From positions 320,001 through 384,000 of the forward strand of contig CAXWPH010000006.1 in NCBI GenBank assembly GCA_963666055.2: a stretch of DNA of 64,000 nt, read 5' to 3'. Below the pieces are notes generated by a model that did not search any database, was not told where the DNA came from, and saw nothing but the letters and a program-made list of their open reading frames with translations. A program made the translations under genes and the position numbers. Positions within the stretch are counted from its first letter, which is position 1. Every line of letters begins with the position of its first letter. This DNA comes from Acidobacteriota bacterium. GTDB lineage: Bacteria > Acidobacteriota > UBA890 > WLXD01. Of the stretch, positions 32,771-42,264 are shown piece after piece.

Positions 32771-33961
32771 CTACCGGCGAGCGGCGGGGAGCTTTTCCGG
32801 CGGTTTGCGGTTCTTCTTGAAGAAACGCCAGACGGTATCGAGCCCGAAGTACACACCGTCGTCGTATACCGGCCAGCGATGGCCACCGTTCCAGGAACAC
32901 GCCACCACCTGACGCCTGCGGGCGCAGTTGGCGCGCTGTGTACAGGCCCACCCCCGAACGCCATCGGCCGGGCTTCTGTAGGCTGTGTCGGTCACATCGC
33001 ATCTCTGTGACTCAGGACCGGCGAAGATCTCCGTCACCTCGGCCACCGGCGTGTACAGATATCCGTCGGAGCTGACCTCACCAGCGCCGGGTACGATCCG
33101 GTCGCGCTTGCCCCACACGCTCATCATCGACATGGGCTCGGACGGCGCACAGTTGAACCCGACGTGTAGCTGTCCGTGCGACGGGGATACGGCAGCGAAG
33201 CGGTCCGCTAGGTCGCATGCCATCCGTTGTACGAACATGCCGCCGTTGCTCAAGCCGGTCGCGTAGATCCGACGCGTATTGATGCAGTAGGCATTCTCGA
33301 TTTCGTCGAGCATGGCAGCGACGAAACCGACATCGTCGACACAATTGCACCAGTTACATCGAGCCGGACCGCATTCATCGGGAAACGGATATTGGAACGA
33401 GTCAGCGGTACAGGTCGGTCCCTCGGGACCCGGGGAACTGGCGCATGCGCCGTCGTTCCACGACGAGATCCGCCGAGATCCACCGACACGGAAGCGCGTC
33501 GATTCCGGGTACACGGCGATGTACCCCTTGGCATCGGCATGCAGGCTCATACCGGTTCCGTGCTCTGCAACCCTGGCGCTGCTGCTGTAGCCGTGAAAGG
33601 CCAGCACGAGGCTGTGGCGCTTGCTAGGCTTGTAGCTCGGCGGCAGATGCACGTTGTACGTGCGTTCGAGGCCATCGTAGGTCAACGTCAGCGTCTCTGT
33701 GGCGCCGGGTTGCGTCGGCGGTGCCTTGCCACAGCCGGCGCTTGCACTCGACCGCAACGTTGCCACGATGGGTTCCGGCTGCCGGGTCAGAAACGTTTCA
33801 CGGAGGCCGGCGATCGTCCCCGGATCGGAGAGCAGGAAGGCGGGTCCGAGGACACCGATCAACACCCCGAGGGCTGGCAACACGATCCGTGGCGTGACTG
33901 TTGGTAGGCTCTTCGGCACGGGTGGACTCCGGGGAGATCGGCAGCTTCGGGTGGAGTTCAC
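32771..33961 (-). CDS. Secreted PHB-depolymerase/LpqC-like alpha/beta-hydrolase (esterase)
   Basis: LAFHGY, DDVGFV, ATGLSNGG nucleophile, GGHRWP; start uncertain. Confidence 0.85.
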   Translation of the reverse strand: MNSTRSCRSPRSPPVPKSLPTVTPRIVLPALGVLIGVLGPAFLLSDPGTIAGLRETFLTRQPEPIVATLRSSASAGCGKAPPTQPGATETLTLTYDGLERTYNVHLPPSYKPSKRHSLVLAFHGYSSSARVAEHGTGMSLHADAKGYIAVYPESTRFRVGGSRRISSWNDGACASSPGPEGPTCTADSFQYPFPDECGPARCNWCNCVDDVGFVAAMLDEIENAYCINTRRIYATGLSNGGMFVQRMACDLADRFAAVSPSHGQLHVGFNCAPSEPMSMMSVWGKRDRIVPGAGEVSSDGYLYTPVAEVTEIFAGPESQRCDVTDTAYRSPADGVRGWACTQRANCARRRQVVACSWNGGHRWPVYDDGVYFGLDTVWRFFKKNRKPPEKLPAARR

Positions 33962-34017
33962 TAGCAGTCTATCGTGCTGCTTTCCAGGTTTGTCAAGCCG
34001 CCGCAGAGCATGAACTC

Positions 34018-34072
34018 AGGTTCAGGACCTAGTGGGTGCAAGCCCGTGAGGGTTCAAGTCCCTCCTTGGGTA
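34018..34072 (+). tRNA. 3' half of tRNA-Leu(CAG), att-site copy 2
   Basis: Direct repeat of 8992-9046 with 2 mismatches; 5' half absent. Confidence 0.85.
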
Positions 34073-34289
34073 CTTCGGTTTAACCTCTTTCAAAATAAGA
34101 AGATACCGATGGGGACGGGGCATTTCGTCTCGGTCCATTTCCGCCGTTTCGACGGCGAAAGTTAACAAATAGTTAACAAAACGGTCGCGAATTCCGTCGT
34201 CGAGACCACCCGCCAACCGTGTCAGCCCGCTGCATCGATCATCGCAATGGCGAGCCGTTCCCGGCGGCAGGAACGAAGCTGGGCGGGGC

Positions 34290-34390
34290 GTCCGCCCAGC
34301 ACGCTGCCGAAGCCATGCGCTGGTATCAGTTGGCCGCCGAGCGGGGCCAGATCGCGGCGCAGGTCATGCTCGGCGGCATGTACGTCAAGT
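34290..34390 (+). pseudogene. Sel1-repeat fragment
   Basis: AEAMRWYQLAAERGQIAAQVMLGGMY. Confidence 0.65.
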
Positions 34391-34855
34391 TGTCCGCCTA
34401 CGGCTACGGACGGATCGTCCTCAAGGACGAGTGTGAGTAGCTCGATACTAACCCTCGATGCCCGCCTCAGGGCAGCTGTGCAACAGGCGGTGGCTTCCGG
34501 GTTATCCGAGTGCTCCTTCCGCGAACTTCAAATCCGTTTCGAGCGCTTTTGAACCACCCTGACGTTTCGGCGTATTCTGCCCTTCTCAGCGGAAATAAAC
34601 GACATACAGCGGTACGATGTTTACGAGGATTGCGAGCAAATAGATCGGCTCAAGGATCGTGACAGGTCGCACTAGCCCTCCCGCTCCGCTGGCCAGCCGC
34701 TCCACGCCCTCCTTAGCGCCTTCAGGCTGGCCGGGCATCACCAAGACAACCGTTGAAAGTAAATTCACAGCAATCTGGCCGGAAGAGCGTGCGAACCGAG
34801 CCCCGGCCAGCCAGCCGGCGAGGTCATCGAGTATGACGAGACCTCCCTCAGAGGC

Positions 34856-35832
34856 GTGACGGTGGCAGATCTTGGAGCGCTGTTCTCCGAGGTCGTCGAG
34901 TCCTGGCCCTCCTATCGGGACAATCGAGCGTCCGGCAAGCCCGCCAAAGTGGACAGTAACCACCGAGCCTACCAGCTCGTGCTCAAGGATATCCCCCATG
35001 CGCTGACGGAACTCCTCGGGGACGCGGCTCCTCGCTTCAAAGTCGAAGGCTCGACCGGAGCCGGCAATGTCACGGCGGCCCCGTGGGTGGCCTCCTTTGA
35101 TCTACGGGTCACCGACAGCGCGACCCACGGGCTTTACCCGGTCTATCTGTTCTCTATTGATCTGCAGCGCCTCTATTTATCCGCAGCGATCGGCGTCACC
35201 GTGTTTCAGCAGCTCTTTGGCAGCTCGACAAGTTGCTACGACCGGCTGCGATGGGCACGTGAATTCGTTGCGAAGGTGGTCGATCTACCGAGCTGGGGAT
35301 TCGACATCGGGCCCCTGGATCTGGCCACTGATCGCCGGCGGCACAAGTTGCACGCGCTCTATGAGCAGGGGTCGATCGCACACCAGAGATACCGTCTTGC
35401 TGACCTGCCAACGTCGGAGAGCCTTGCCGCCGACTTGCGTCGCATGCTGAGGCTTCTACGAGGAGCTGATCTCGAACGATCTGGTCCCCGACCCGGCGAG
35501 GCTCGCTGAAAGCGCCGCGCCCGCGATCGAAGAGGCCCCGACCATCAGCTTCGAGGAGTTCACTCCGTTGCCGCCGGCGGATAAGCGCGGGAGTGGCGAC
35601 AGCACCAAATCGTCCAAGCCACGGCGCAGCCAGCAATCCAAGAAGGTAGGGGATGCTGGCGAGGCACACGTGCTCAGGTACGAGCGAGACCAGCTCGAAC
35701 AAGCCGGTCGCCCCGATCTAGCGAAGCGAGTGCGGCGGCTAGAGGAGATCAACGAGTACCCCGGCTGGGACATCACTTCGTACTATCCCGACGGCCGCGA
35801 GAAGCTCATCGAGGTCAAGGCGACCTCGGGGA
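34856..35832 (+). pseudogene. McrB N-terminal-like (DUF3578) + DUF3883-like PD-(D/E)xK nuclease; frameshift about 35455, 3' truncated
   Basis: EGSTGAGNVTAAPWVASFDLRVTDSATHGLYPVYLF; GDAGEAHVLRYER, GWDITSY, IEVKAT. Confidence 0.8.
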
Positions 35833-35859
35833 GTCTGGAGATCGGAGGCTGCATTCCGA

Positions 35860-36315
35860 TGCCAGCATCGGGGACGATGGTGATCGTAGTTGTTGAGCCA
35901 GCGTTCCAGCGCGCGAGTTCGGCCGGCTGAGGTGCGGTAGCAAACACCTAGGCCAGTGGTCCTTGAGCGTTCTGAGGAACGGCTCCGGCTTGCCATTCGT
36001 TGGCGGCGTGTAAAGCCGGATGTACAGGTGTCGGATCTGGCGCCGCGCACGGAGCGGGTTGAAACGCTGACGTGCTCCGCAAGTTGAAACCACGCATAGT
36101 GAGAGATTGCTGAGACGTTGGCAAGAGTTTGCCTTTCGCCGAGCGGCGTGCAGAGGCAGTGGGGAGCCGACGGAGTCGGCCGTAGTGCTACGTCCGCCGC
36201 GAACACGCTCGGGGGAGCGGTTATAGCCACTCAAGCGGCAGGCGCTTGGTTCGCTGAGCCCGTGTCGATCCCGGAACAACTCGACCGCCGCGTGCCGGGC
36301 CACCATTTTCTTTGC
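35860..36315 (-). pseudogene. Adjacent IS481-like and IS3-like transposase scraps
   Basis: YTPPTNGKPEPFLRTL / WLNNYDHHRP (IS481-like); RHGLSEPSACRL (IS3 orfB start). Confidence 0.65.
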
Positions 36316-36319
36316 AATG

Positions 36320-36612
36320 CTTCCCGTTTGAAGCCCGAACGTGGTCTCGATCCAACTCGCCAGTGGATGGGCTCGGAATAGCTCGTAGTCGCCGGGAAGC
36401 TGGGGCCGGCCTCCCTCAAGCGCCTCCCGGAGCTCGGCCTGGAACTGGGCGTCGGCTGGATCGCGGGCCGGCGTCGCTCGTCGCAGCGTCTCGCCGATCA
36501 CCGCCTCTGGCTTTACCGTGACACCGAAGAGCCGCGTCGCAACGTTCGCCACCTCGGCTCGCTGCTGATCGAGGCTCCCTGGTCCAGCGAGCGTGGCCGA
36601 CGTGCCTACTCG
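36320..36612 (-). pseudogene. Large DEAD/DEAH-box helicase internal fragment (type seen in defence islands)
   Basis: VGTSATL motif III, VATRLFG, VIGETLRRAT, HPLASWIETTFGL. Confidence 0.65.
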
Positions 36613-36703
36613 TCGAGTCCATCGAATGTTGGTTCGATCCGTGTCGCTTAGCAAATGTAAATGCGCCGGCGCGGTTCATACGCACCGCGGCCGCGGCTTC
36701 CTC

Positions 36704-37192
36704 CTATGCTCCGCCGTACGACACGTAGATCTTGCGAACGCCGTCAGGGACCGCGAATGTCCCCGTCCAACCCTTCGGCAGGACGACGCCGTCGCCCGGA
36801 CCATGCGTGCTCACCTCGCCGTCGGCATCGGTGAGGACGATCTCACCTTCGAGCACGTACATTAGCTCGTCGACCTCGTAGGGTTCCGGTATGTTGAGCA
36901 CGCCGGGGGTGGCCTCCCAAACGCCGATGGTGAGGTTGCCGTCGGCGCTTTGGTAGAAGGTGTGGCCGCGAGCGTCGAAGTCGCTGAGCTTCGAGTACGG
37001 ACCGAATTCGCCCAGCCCTTCGCCCGCTAGCTTGCTGCTTTCCAACTCGACCACCGCCATCGCGCGTCCCGCCGCCTCGGCGTACGGGGCCACCGGGCCT
37101 ACGTGGCCGACAATCGCGCCGACCGACAGCATCGCCACACTCCACGCCACCATGCCGAGCGCTCGAATCGAACTGCTCTTGCTGCCGCGCAT
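36704..37192 (-). CDS. Exported cupin (cupin_3/EutQ-like) protein
   Basis: GVWEATPG, DELMYVLEG, GDGVVLPKGWTG, VRKIYV; signal peptide. Confidence 0.85.
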   Translation of the reverse strand: MRGSKSSSIRALGMVAWSVAMLSVGAIVGHVGPVAPYAEAAGRAMAVVELESSKLAGEGLGEFGPYSKLSDFDARGHTFYQSADGNLTIGVWEATPGVLNIPEPYEVDELMYVLEGEIVLTDADGEVSTHGPGDGVVLPKGWTGTFAVPDGVRKIYVSYGGA

Positions 37193-37311
37193 CGCCTACC
37201 CTCCGCTTGTCGAGTGAAACTCATGCAACAGCATCGCGCGCCTGGTGCCGGTTGCGCAACCGGCGCCGTTAGCTCTCCACCACCGAGCCACCTCTCGTGC
37301 CGAGCCCCTAG

Positions 37312-37480
37312 CAGGCCGTGGTGAAAGTGTGGTGGGTCTGGCGACAGGGTTACGGCGATTTGGGGCCATCTGCAGCGTTGGCCTTCTTCGACGATGGCTA
37401 GGGCATCGCCTGTGTCAGGCCGCCTTGTATCCGGCCCCAACTCGCCGTAACCAGACCCACCACACTTTCACCACGGCCTG
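37312..37480. mobile_element. MITE, 169 bp (internally deleted form) with CTAG duplication
   Basis: Perfect 30-bp TIRs; CTAG at 37308-37311 and 37481-37484. Confidence 0.9.
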
Positions 37481-37603
37481 CTAGCGTCGGAACTCGAAAT
37501 CCGCAACGAGTACGAGATGAGCCGACGCCACCAGCAAATCGCCCCCTTTCGGTATCGGCCTCTGCCCTATGGCCCGCAGAAGTATGCGTCCCATGTCAAT
37601 TCC

Positions 37604-38962
37604 TCACAAGGGATCTCCCGCATGAGGTCTCTCGGCGCCGGGATACGCCTTCGGCAGTGCGCCGAAGACGCCTCTGAGGATCCAGACCGTACCGACGATG
37701 ATCAGACTCAACATGATCCATCGGAGGAGGGTCGCGGCGAATCCGATATCCATCACCGGGACGCGGAAGTCGTACTGGATGAGCTCCGCCCCCCGCTCAG
37801 TCATCCAGTGCCAGCCCGTGTGTGCCAGGAAGGCCGACAGCACGATCGTGCCGAGCACCTCGGGAAGCCAACGTCGGAACAGGAAATCGAGCACCGGCAC
37901 GGTCAGCGCGAGAACGACGAGCTGACCGAGCTCCACGCCGACGTTGAAGGACAGCAGGGACGTGATGAGGTGGGCGCCGGCGAACTGCAGGGACTCCGAG
38001 AGGGCGAACGAGAATCCGAAACCGTGGATGAGCCCGAACCCGAACGCGATCATCCATCTGCGCTGCAGCTTCGCCCCGATGATGTTCTCGAAGGCCATGA
38101 ATACGATCGACAGCGCGATCAGCGTCTCGATGAGCGGGGGAAACCAGAGCGCGTTGGGAGCAAGACCGAGCGCCGACGCGATCAGCGTGATCGAGTGGGC
38201 GATCGTGAAGGAAGTCGCGATCGGAACGAGCGCCCAGAATCTCCGGAACGGCACGACCAAGCAGAACAGAAACAGCAGGTGATCGATGCCGTCGAGAATG
38301 TGCTCGAATCCCAGGACGATGAAGCGCCAGGCGGCCTGGTGCCACCGTGGGTCGAGCCTGAAGAGCCCCATGTTGCCGGTGTACTGGAAGGCGCGCTCTG
38401 GGCCACCGGCCGGCAGGAACCGAAGGACCGTCAGCGTGCTGAGCCCCAGGTGCGCCCAGCGGGCGTCGATGGTGAACTCGGAATCCTCCGAGGAGATGGG
38501 CCACTCCATGAGCACGTCGAGCATCGCCTGCTGCAACGGAAGATCCGTGCCGACCGGAAGAACGGGCGACTGTACATTGGCGAGGGCCGACTCGTAGCTC
38601 TGGAAGGCCCGATCCCCTGGAATGGCGATACGAACGTCGGTCACCTCCGGCAGACCCAGCGAGGTGCCCGCCTCGAACATCTCGACGTAGTTGCCGATCC
38701 ACTGGACGGCGGCTTCACGGCTGAGCTCGGCCGCCTCGGGTAGCTCCAGGTATCCGGGATCCCGCACAGGAAAGTTGTAGTCCCTCATCGACAGTAGAGG
38801 CACTCGAACCAGGGCTCGGATCGTGCCCCCCTCGGGAGCAACGAAAGCCTGGACCGTCACGTCGGCGGGGATCTCGTGCGCCTCCCCCGACCAGGTCGGC
38901 AGAAGCAGAACTAGCGCGACGACGAGCACGGCCGAGCGGCGGAGGCGCGCTTGGTCGGACAT
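37604..38962 (-). CDS. HupE/UreJ-family membrane protein with N-terminal periplasmic domain
   Basis: GFEHILDGIDHLLF, FTIAHSITL, FGLIHGFGF, FNVGVELGQ. Confidence 0.9.
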   Translation of the reverse strand: MSDQARLRRSAVLVVALVLLLPTWSGEAHEIPADVTVQAFVAPEGGTIRALVRVPLLSMRDYNFPVRDPGYLELPEAAELSREAAVQWIGNYVEMFEAGTSLGLPEVTDVRIAIPGDRAFQSYESALANVQSPVLPVGTDLPLQQAMLDVLMEWPISSEDSEFTIDARWAHLGLSTLTVLRFLPAGGPERAFQYTGNMGLFRLDPRWHQAAWRFIVLGFEHILDGIDHLLFLFCLVVPFRRFWALVPIATSFTIAHSITLIASALGLAPNALWFPPLIETLIALSIVFMAFENIIGAKLQRRWMIAFGFGLIHGFGFSFALSESLQFAGAHLITSLLSFNVGVELGQLVVLALTVPVLDFLFRRWLPEVLGTIVLSAFLAHTGWHWMTERGAELIQYDFRVPVMDIGFAATLLRWIMLSLIIVGTVWILRGVFGALPKAYPGAERPHAGDPL

Positions 38963-39098
38963 GGCCGGAAAGCTACCGCAGCCCGGGTGGAGAGGGCTAC
39001 CTCATCGGGTGACCGTTCGACGATTGTCGGATCGGCCCTCACAGTGTAGATTCCGGGCAAATTGAGCCTGCCCTTCTCTGCCAGGGAGATGGATTTCG

Positions 39099-40304
39099 AT
39101 GCAGAAGCGCAACCTGACCTACGGTCTGGCTTTGATCGCACTGATCACGGCCGTCGCCTTCGCCGCGGACGCCATGGACAACGTGGCCGCGGCCCAAACC
39201 GACGAGGTGCCGCTGTTCCAGGTAGACCCCTTCTGGCCCAAGCCGTTGCCGCACCACTGGCTGATGGGTGCCACCATCGGTGTGGCCGTCGATGCCAACG
39301 ACGGCATCTGGCTCGTGCATCGCAACACATCGGACCAGTTCGCCGCCAACACCGAAATCGGCATGGCGCAGTACCCGCCGGTCGCCTCGTGCTGTCGGCC
39401 CGCGCCCCCCGTTCTCCACTTCGACCAGGACGGCAACCTGCTCCACGCCTGGGGCGGACCGGGTACCGAGAGGGGTGACTACTCCTGGCCGGCGTCGAAC
39501 CACGGAATCACCGTGGACGACCTCGGGAACGTCTGGATCGGCGGCAACGGCGGCGAGGACCGGCACATCATCAAGCTCACCACCGACGGACAGTTCCTGG
39601 CTCAGTTCGGCATGCCGGGCGTGCCGCTCGACAGCAACAGCGAAACCAACTTCGGACAGGTCGCGAAGGTCTCGTTCGACCGAGAGAACAACGAGATCTA
39701 CGTGGCGGACGGCTACGGCAATCACCGCGTCGCGGTCCTGGACGCCACCAGCGGTGCCATGAAGCGCTACTGGGGTGCCTACGGAAACCGGCCGACCGAC
39801 GAGGCGCCGCCGGCTTATCAGCCCGGCGAGACCCCGCCGCAGAACTTCCGCACCCCGGTGCACTGCGCCGACCGGGCCAACGACGGGATGGTCTACGTCT
39901 GCGATCGTCCGTCGAACCGGATCTCGGTCTTTACCAGCGGGGGCGAGTTCATAAAGGAGGCGATCATCGCGCCCGCTACGCGGTCGCAGGGCTCGACGTG
40001 GGACGTCGCCTTCTCTCCGGACCCCGAGCAGCAATTCATGTACCTGGCCGACGGCCAGAACATGAAGGTCTATGTCATGGATCGTGAGTCGCTCGAAGTT
40101 CTCTACAGCTTCGGCGACGGAGGCCGCCAGCCCGGCCTCTTCTTCGCGGTGCACTCGATCGCCACGGACTCGGCTGGCAACATCTACACGACTGAGACAT
40201 ACGAGGGCACGCGGATCCAGAAGTTCACATATATGGGCATGGGCCCGAATCCTGGCGGTGATACGGGCGCCGCGTGGCCGGCCGACAGGCGTCGCAGCGA
40301 CTGA
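39099..40304 (+). CDS. Secreted NHL-repeat beta-propeller (PAL-like) protein
   Basis: VDPFWPKPLP, HGITVD, YVADGYGNHRV, HSIATDSAGNIY. Confidence 0.85.
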   Translation: MQKRNLTYGLALIALITAVAFAADAMDNVAAAQTDEVPLFQVDPFWPKPLPHHWLMGATIGVAVDANDGIWLVHRNTSDQFAANTEIGMAQYPPVASCCRPAPPVLHFDQDGNLLHAWGGPGTERGDYSWPASNHGITVDDLGNVWIGGNGGEDRHIIKLTTDGQFLAQFGMPGVPLDSNSETNFGQVAKVSFDRENNEIYVADGYGNHRVAVLDATSGAMKRYWGAYGNRPTDEAPPAYQPGETPPQNFRTPVHCADRANDGMVYVCDRPSNRISVFTSGGEFIKEAIIAPATRSQGSTWDVAFSPDPEQQFMYLADGQNMKVYVMDRESLEVLYSFGDGGRQPGLFFAVHSIATDSAGNIYTTETYEGTRIQKFTYMGMGPNPGGDTGAAWPADRRRSD

Positions 40305-40443
40305 TCGACCAGCCACAGCGGCTGTAGGGCTCGACGGCCTCACCTTTCGGGGTGGCTTCATAGGTCGGTGAATCGCGCCGGTCAGCCAGTCTGCATCGCC
40401 GTGTTGACGGATACAATCCACGGCTTGAACCGTCAGGAGCGCC

Positions 40444-40820
40444 ATGGACCCCGGCACCAGACTCGGACCCCACGAGCTCCTCGCCCCGCTTGGCGCGCGC
40501 GGCATGGGCGAGGTATATCTGGCCGAGGACACTCGGCTGCGCCGCAAGGTGGCGCTGAAGCTGCTGCCGGTGGAATACGCGTCGGAAGATGGGAATCTCT
40601 GGCGTGTCGCGTACAGCGAAGACGCCGGCTTCGCCGCCCGCCCGAGCGCATTCTCGAACAGACTGTGCCGAAGCGTGGCGGCAGCAGTCCCTTTGACGTG
40701 GGGTCGAACGGCCGCGTGCTGTTGCCCGACATTCGGCTCGAGGCCGGCCGCCCGCGCAGGCTAATCCACGTGATACTCCACTGGGATCAGGAAGTGCTCA
40801 ATCTCGGCTCTGCGAACCGC
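40444..40820 (+). pseudogene. Collapsed Ser/Thr kinase-TolB/PD40 protein (only N- and C-termini remain)
   Basis: LAPLGARGMGEVYLAEDTRLRRKVALKLLP joined to FDVGSNGRVLL...IHVILHW. Confidence 0.75.
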
Positions 40821-40895
40821 TCGGGCGGCTCGGGATCACGCCCCCGCCCGGCCGGTTCTGCGCCCCCCGGGGGATAGCAACGGAGGACGACCAGC

Positions 40896-41906
40896 ATGAA
40901 TCAACCGCCATTACCCGATCAGATCATGCAGGTCGGCCTCGGGTTCTGGGGCTCCAAGACGCTGCTCAGCGCAATCGAGATGGAGCTGTTCACCGAACTG
41001 GCTCGCCAGCCCGCTGATCTGGAGGGTATCGAAAGCAGTCTGGGGCTCCACCCGCGATCCTCGCGCGACTTCCTGGACGCGCTTGTGGCGCTGGGGTTCC
41101 TGCATCGCAGCGACGGCGGCTACCACAACACCCCAGAGACCGACTTGTTTCTCGACAAGGCCAAGCCCTCGTACATCGGCGGCATGCTCGAGATGGCGAA
41201 CCAGCGTCTGTATCGGTTCTGGGGTGATCTCTCTGAAGCCTTGCGCACGGGAGAGCCACAGAACGAGGTGAAGCACGGCGGGAATCTGTTCGCGGAGCTC
41301 TACGCCGACCCCGCCGCTCTCGAGGGGTTCCTCGCCGCAATGACCGGCATCAGCCATGCGGCGAACCTGGCGATCGCTGAGAAGCTCGGCTGGGGCGACT
41401 ATGCGACGTTCGCCGACGTGGGCACCGCACAGGGCGATCTTGCTGCCCAGGTCGCGTTGGCGCACCCGCACCTGTCCGGAATCGGATTCGACCTACCTGC
41501 CGTGGCCCCGGTGTTCGAGCGGTACGTCAGCGGCCTCGGCCTGTCCGAACGATTGAAGTTCACGTCGGGCGATTTCTTCGAGGACGATCTTCCCCGGGCC
41601 GACGTCATCCTGATGGGCCACATCCTCCACGACTGGGATCTGGAGCAGAAGAAGCTGCTGGTCTACAAGGCTTTCGAGGCGGTCCCCGATGGCGGCGCCC
41701 TGGTGGTCTATGAATCCATTATCGACGACGACCGGTCGCAGAATGCATTCGGGCTTCTCATGAGCCTGAACATGCTCATCGAGACCACCGGCGGCTTCGA
41801 CTACACTGGCGCGGATTGCGCCCAGTGGATGACCGAAGCCGGCTTCCGCGAGATCCGAGTCGAGCATCTCGTCGGTCCGGATTCTATGGTGGTGGGCGTG
41901 AAGTAG
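40896..41906 (+). CDS. SAM-dependent O-methyltransferase (ASMT/CrtF-like, with dimerisation domain)
   Basis: [23 protein letters not shown]; GGAGG RBS. Confidence 0.9.
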   Translation: MNQPPLPDQIMQVGLGFWGSKTLLSAIEMELFTELARQPADLEGIESSLGLHPRSSRDFLDALVALGFLHRSDGGYHNTPETDLFLDKAKPSYIGGMLEMANQRLYRFWGDLSEALRTGEPQNEVKHGGNLFAELYADPAALEGFLAAMTGISHAANLAIAEKLGWGDYATFADVGTAQGDLAAQVALAHPHLSGIGFDLPAVAPVFERYVSGLGLSERLKFTSGDFFEDDLPRADVILMGHILHDWDLEQKKLLVYKAFEAVPDGGALVVYESIIDDDRSQNAFGLLMSLNMLIETTGGFDYTGADCAQWMTEAGFREIRVEHLVGPDSMVVGVK

Positions 41907-42264
41907 GTCCGCTCGACGATTCGGAGCCGGCAACCCAGCCCCTCCGCCGCACACCCGGTGCGAAATGACCGTCACGGCCTCTCTCAACGTTCCCAACGGG
42001 ATATCTGTCGCCCGGCTGTTGATCGCCCCGTTCCTGTGGGTCTCGGGGTTGCTGGCGCTACCGCCGCGCTGTTCGTCTTCATCGTTCATGCGCTGTTGGC
42101 CTCGCCGAGCCCGGGGTTACTGTGGCTTACCGCCGGGTTGCTCGTCCCGAGCTTCGCGGAGATCGTGCGCCTGGTGACGCCGGATCCGTCGTTCGACTCC
42201 GACCAGCCGACGATCTTGACGCGTCGGTCCTGAAGCTCCAGGCGCCTGGAGTAACGCTGCGAGA

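Noticed and set aside
34385-34500. PIN/VapC toxin C-terminal fragment (LSAY...ILTLDARL)
   Set aside because: Too short and frameshifted to support a call
37517-40547. Long antisense ORFs (37517-38743 +, 39039-40547 -; similarly 43893-44981, 45968-47119, 49744-50994)
   Set aside because: Shadow frames of well-supported genes in high-GC DNA, with no recognisable motifs
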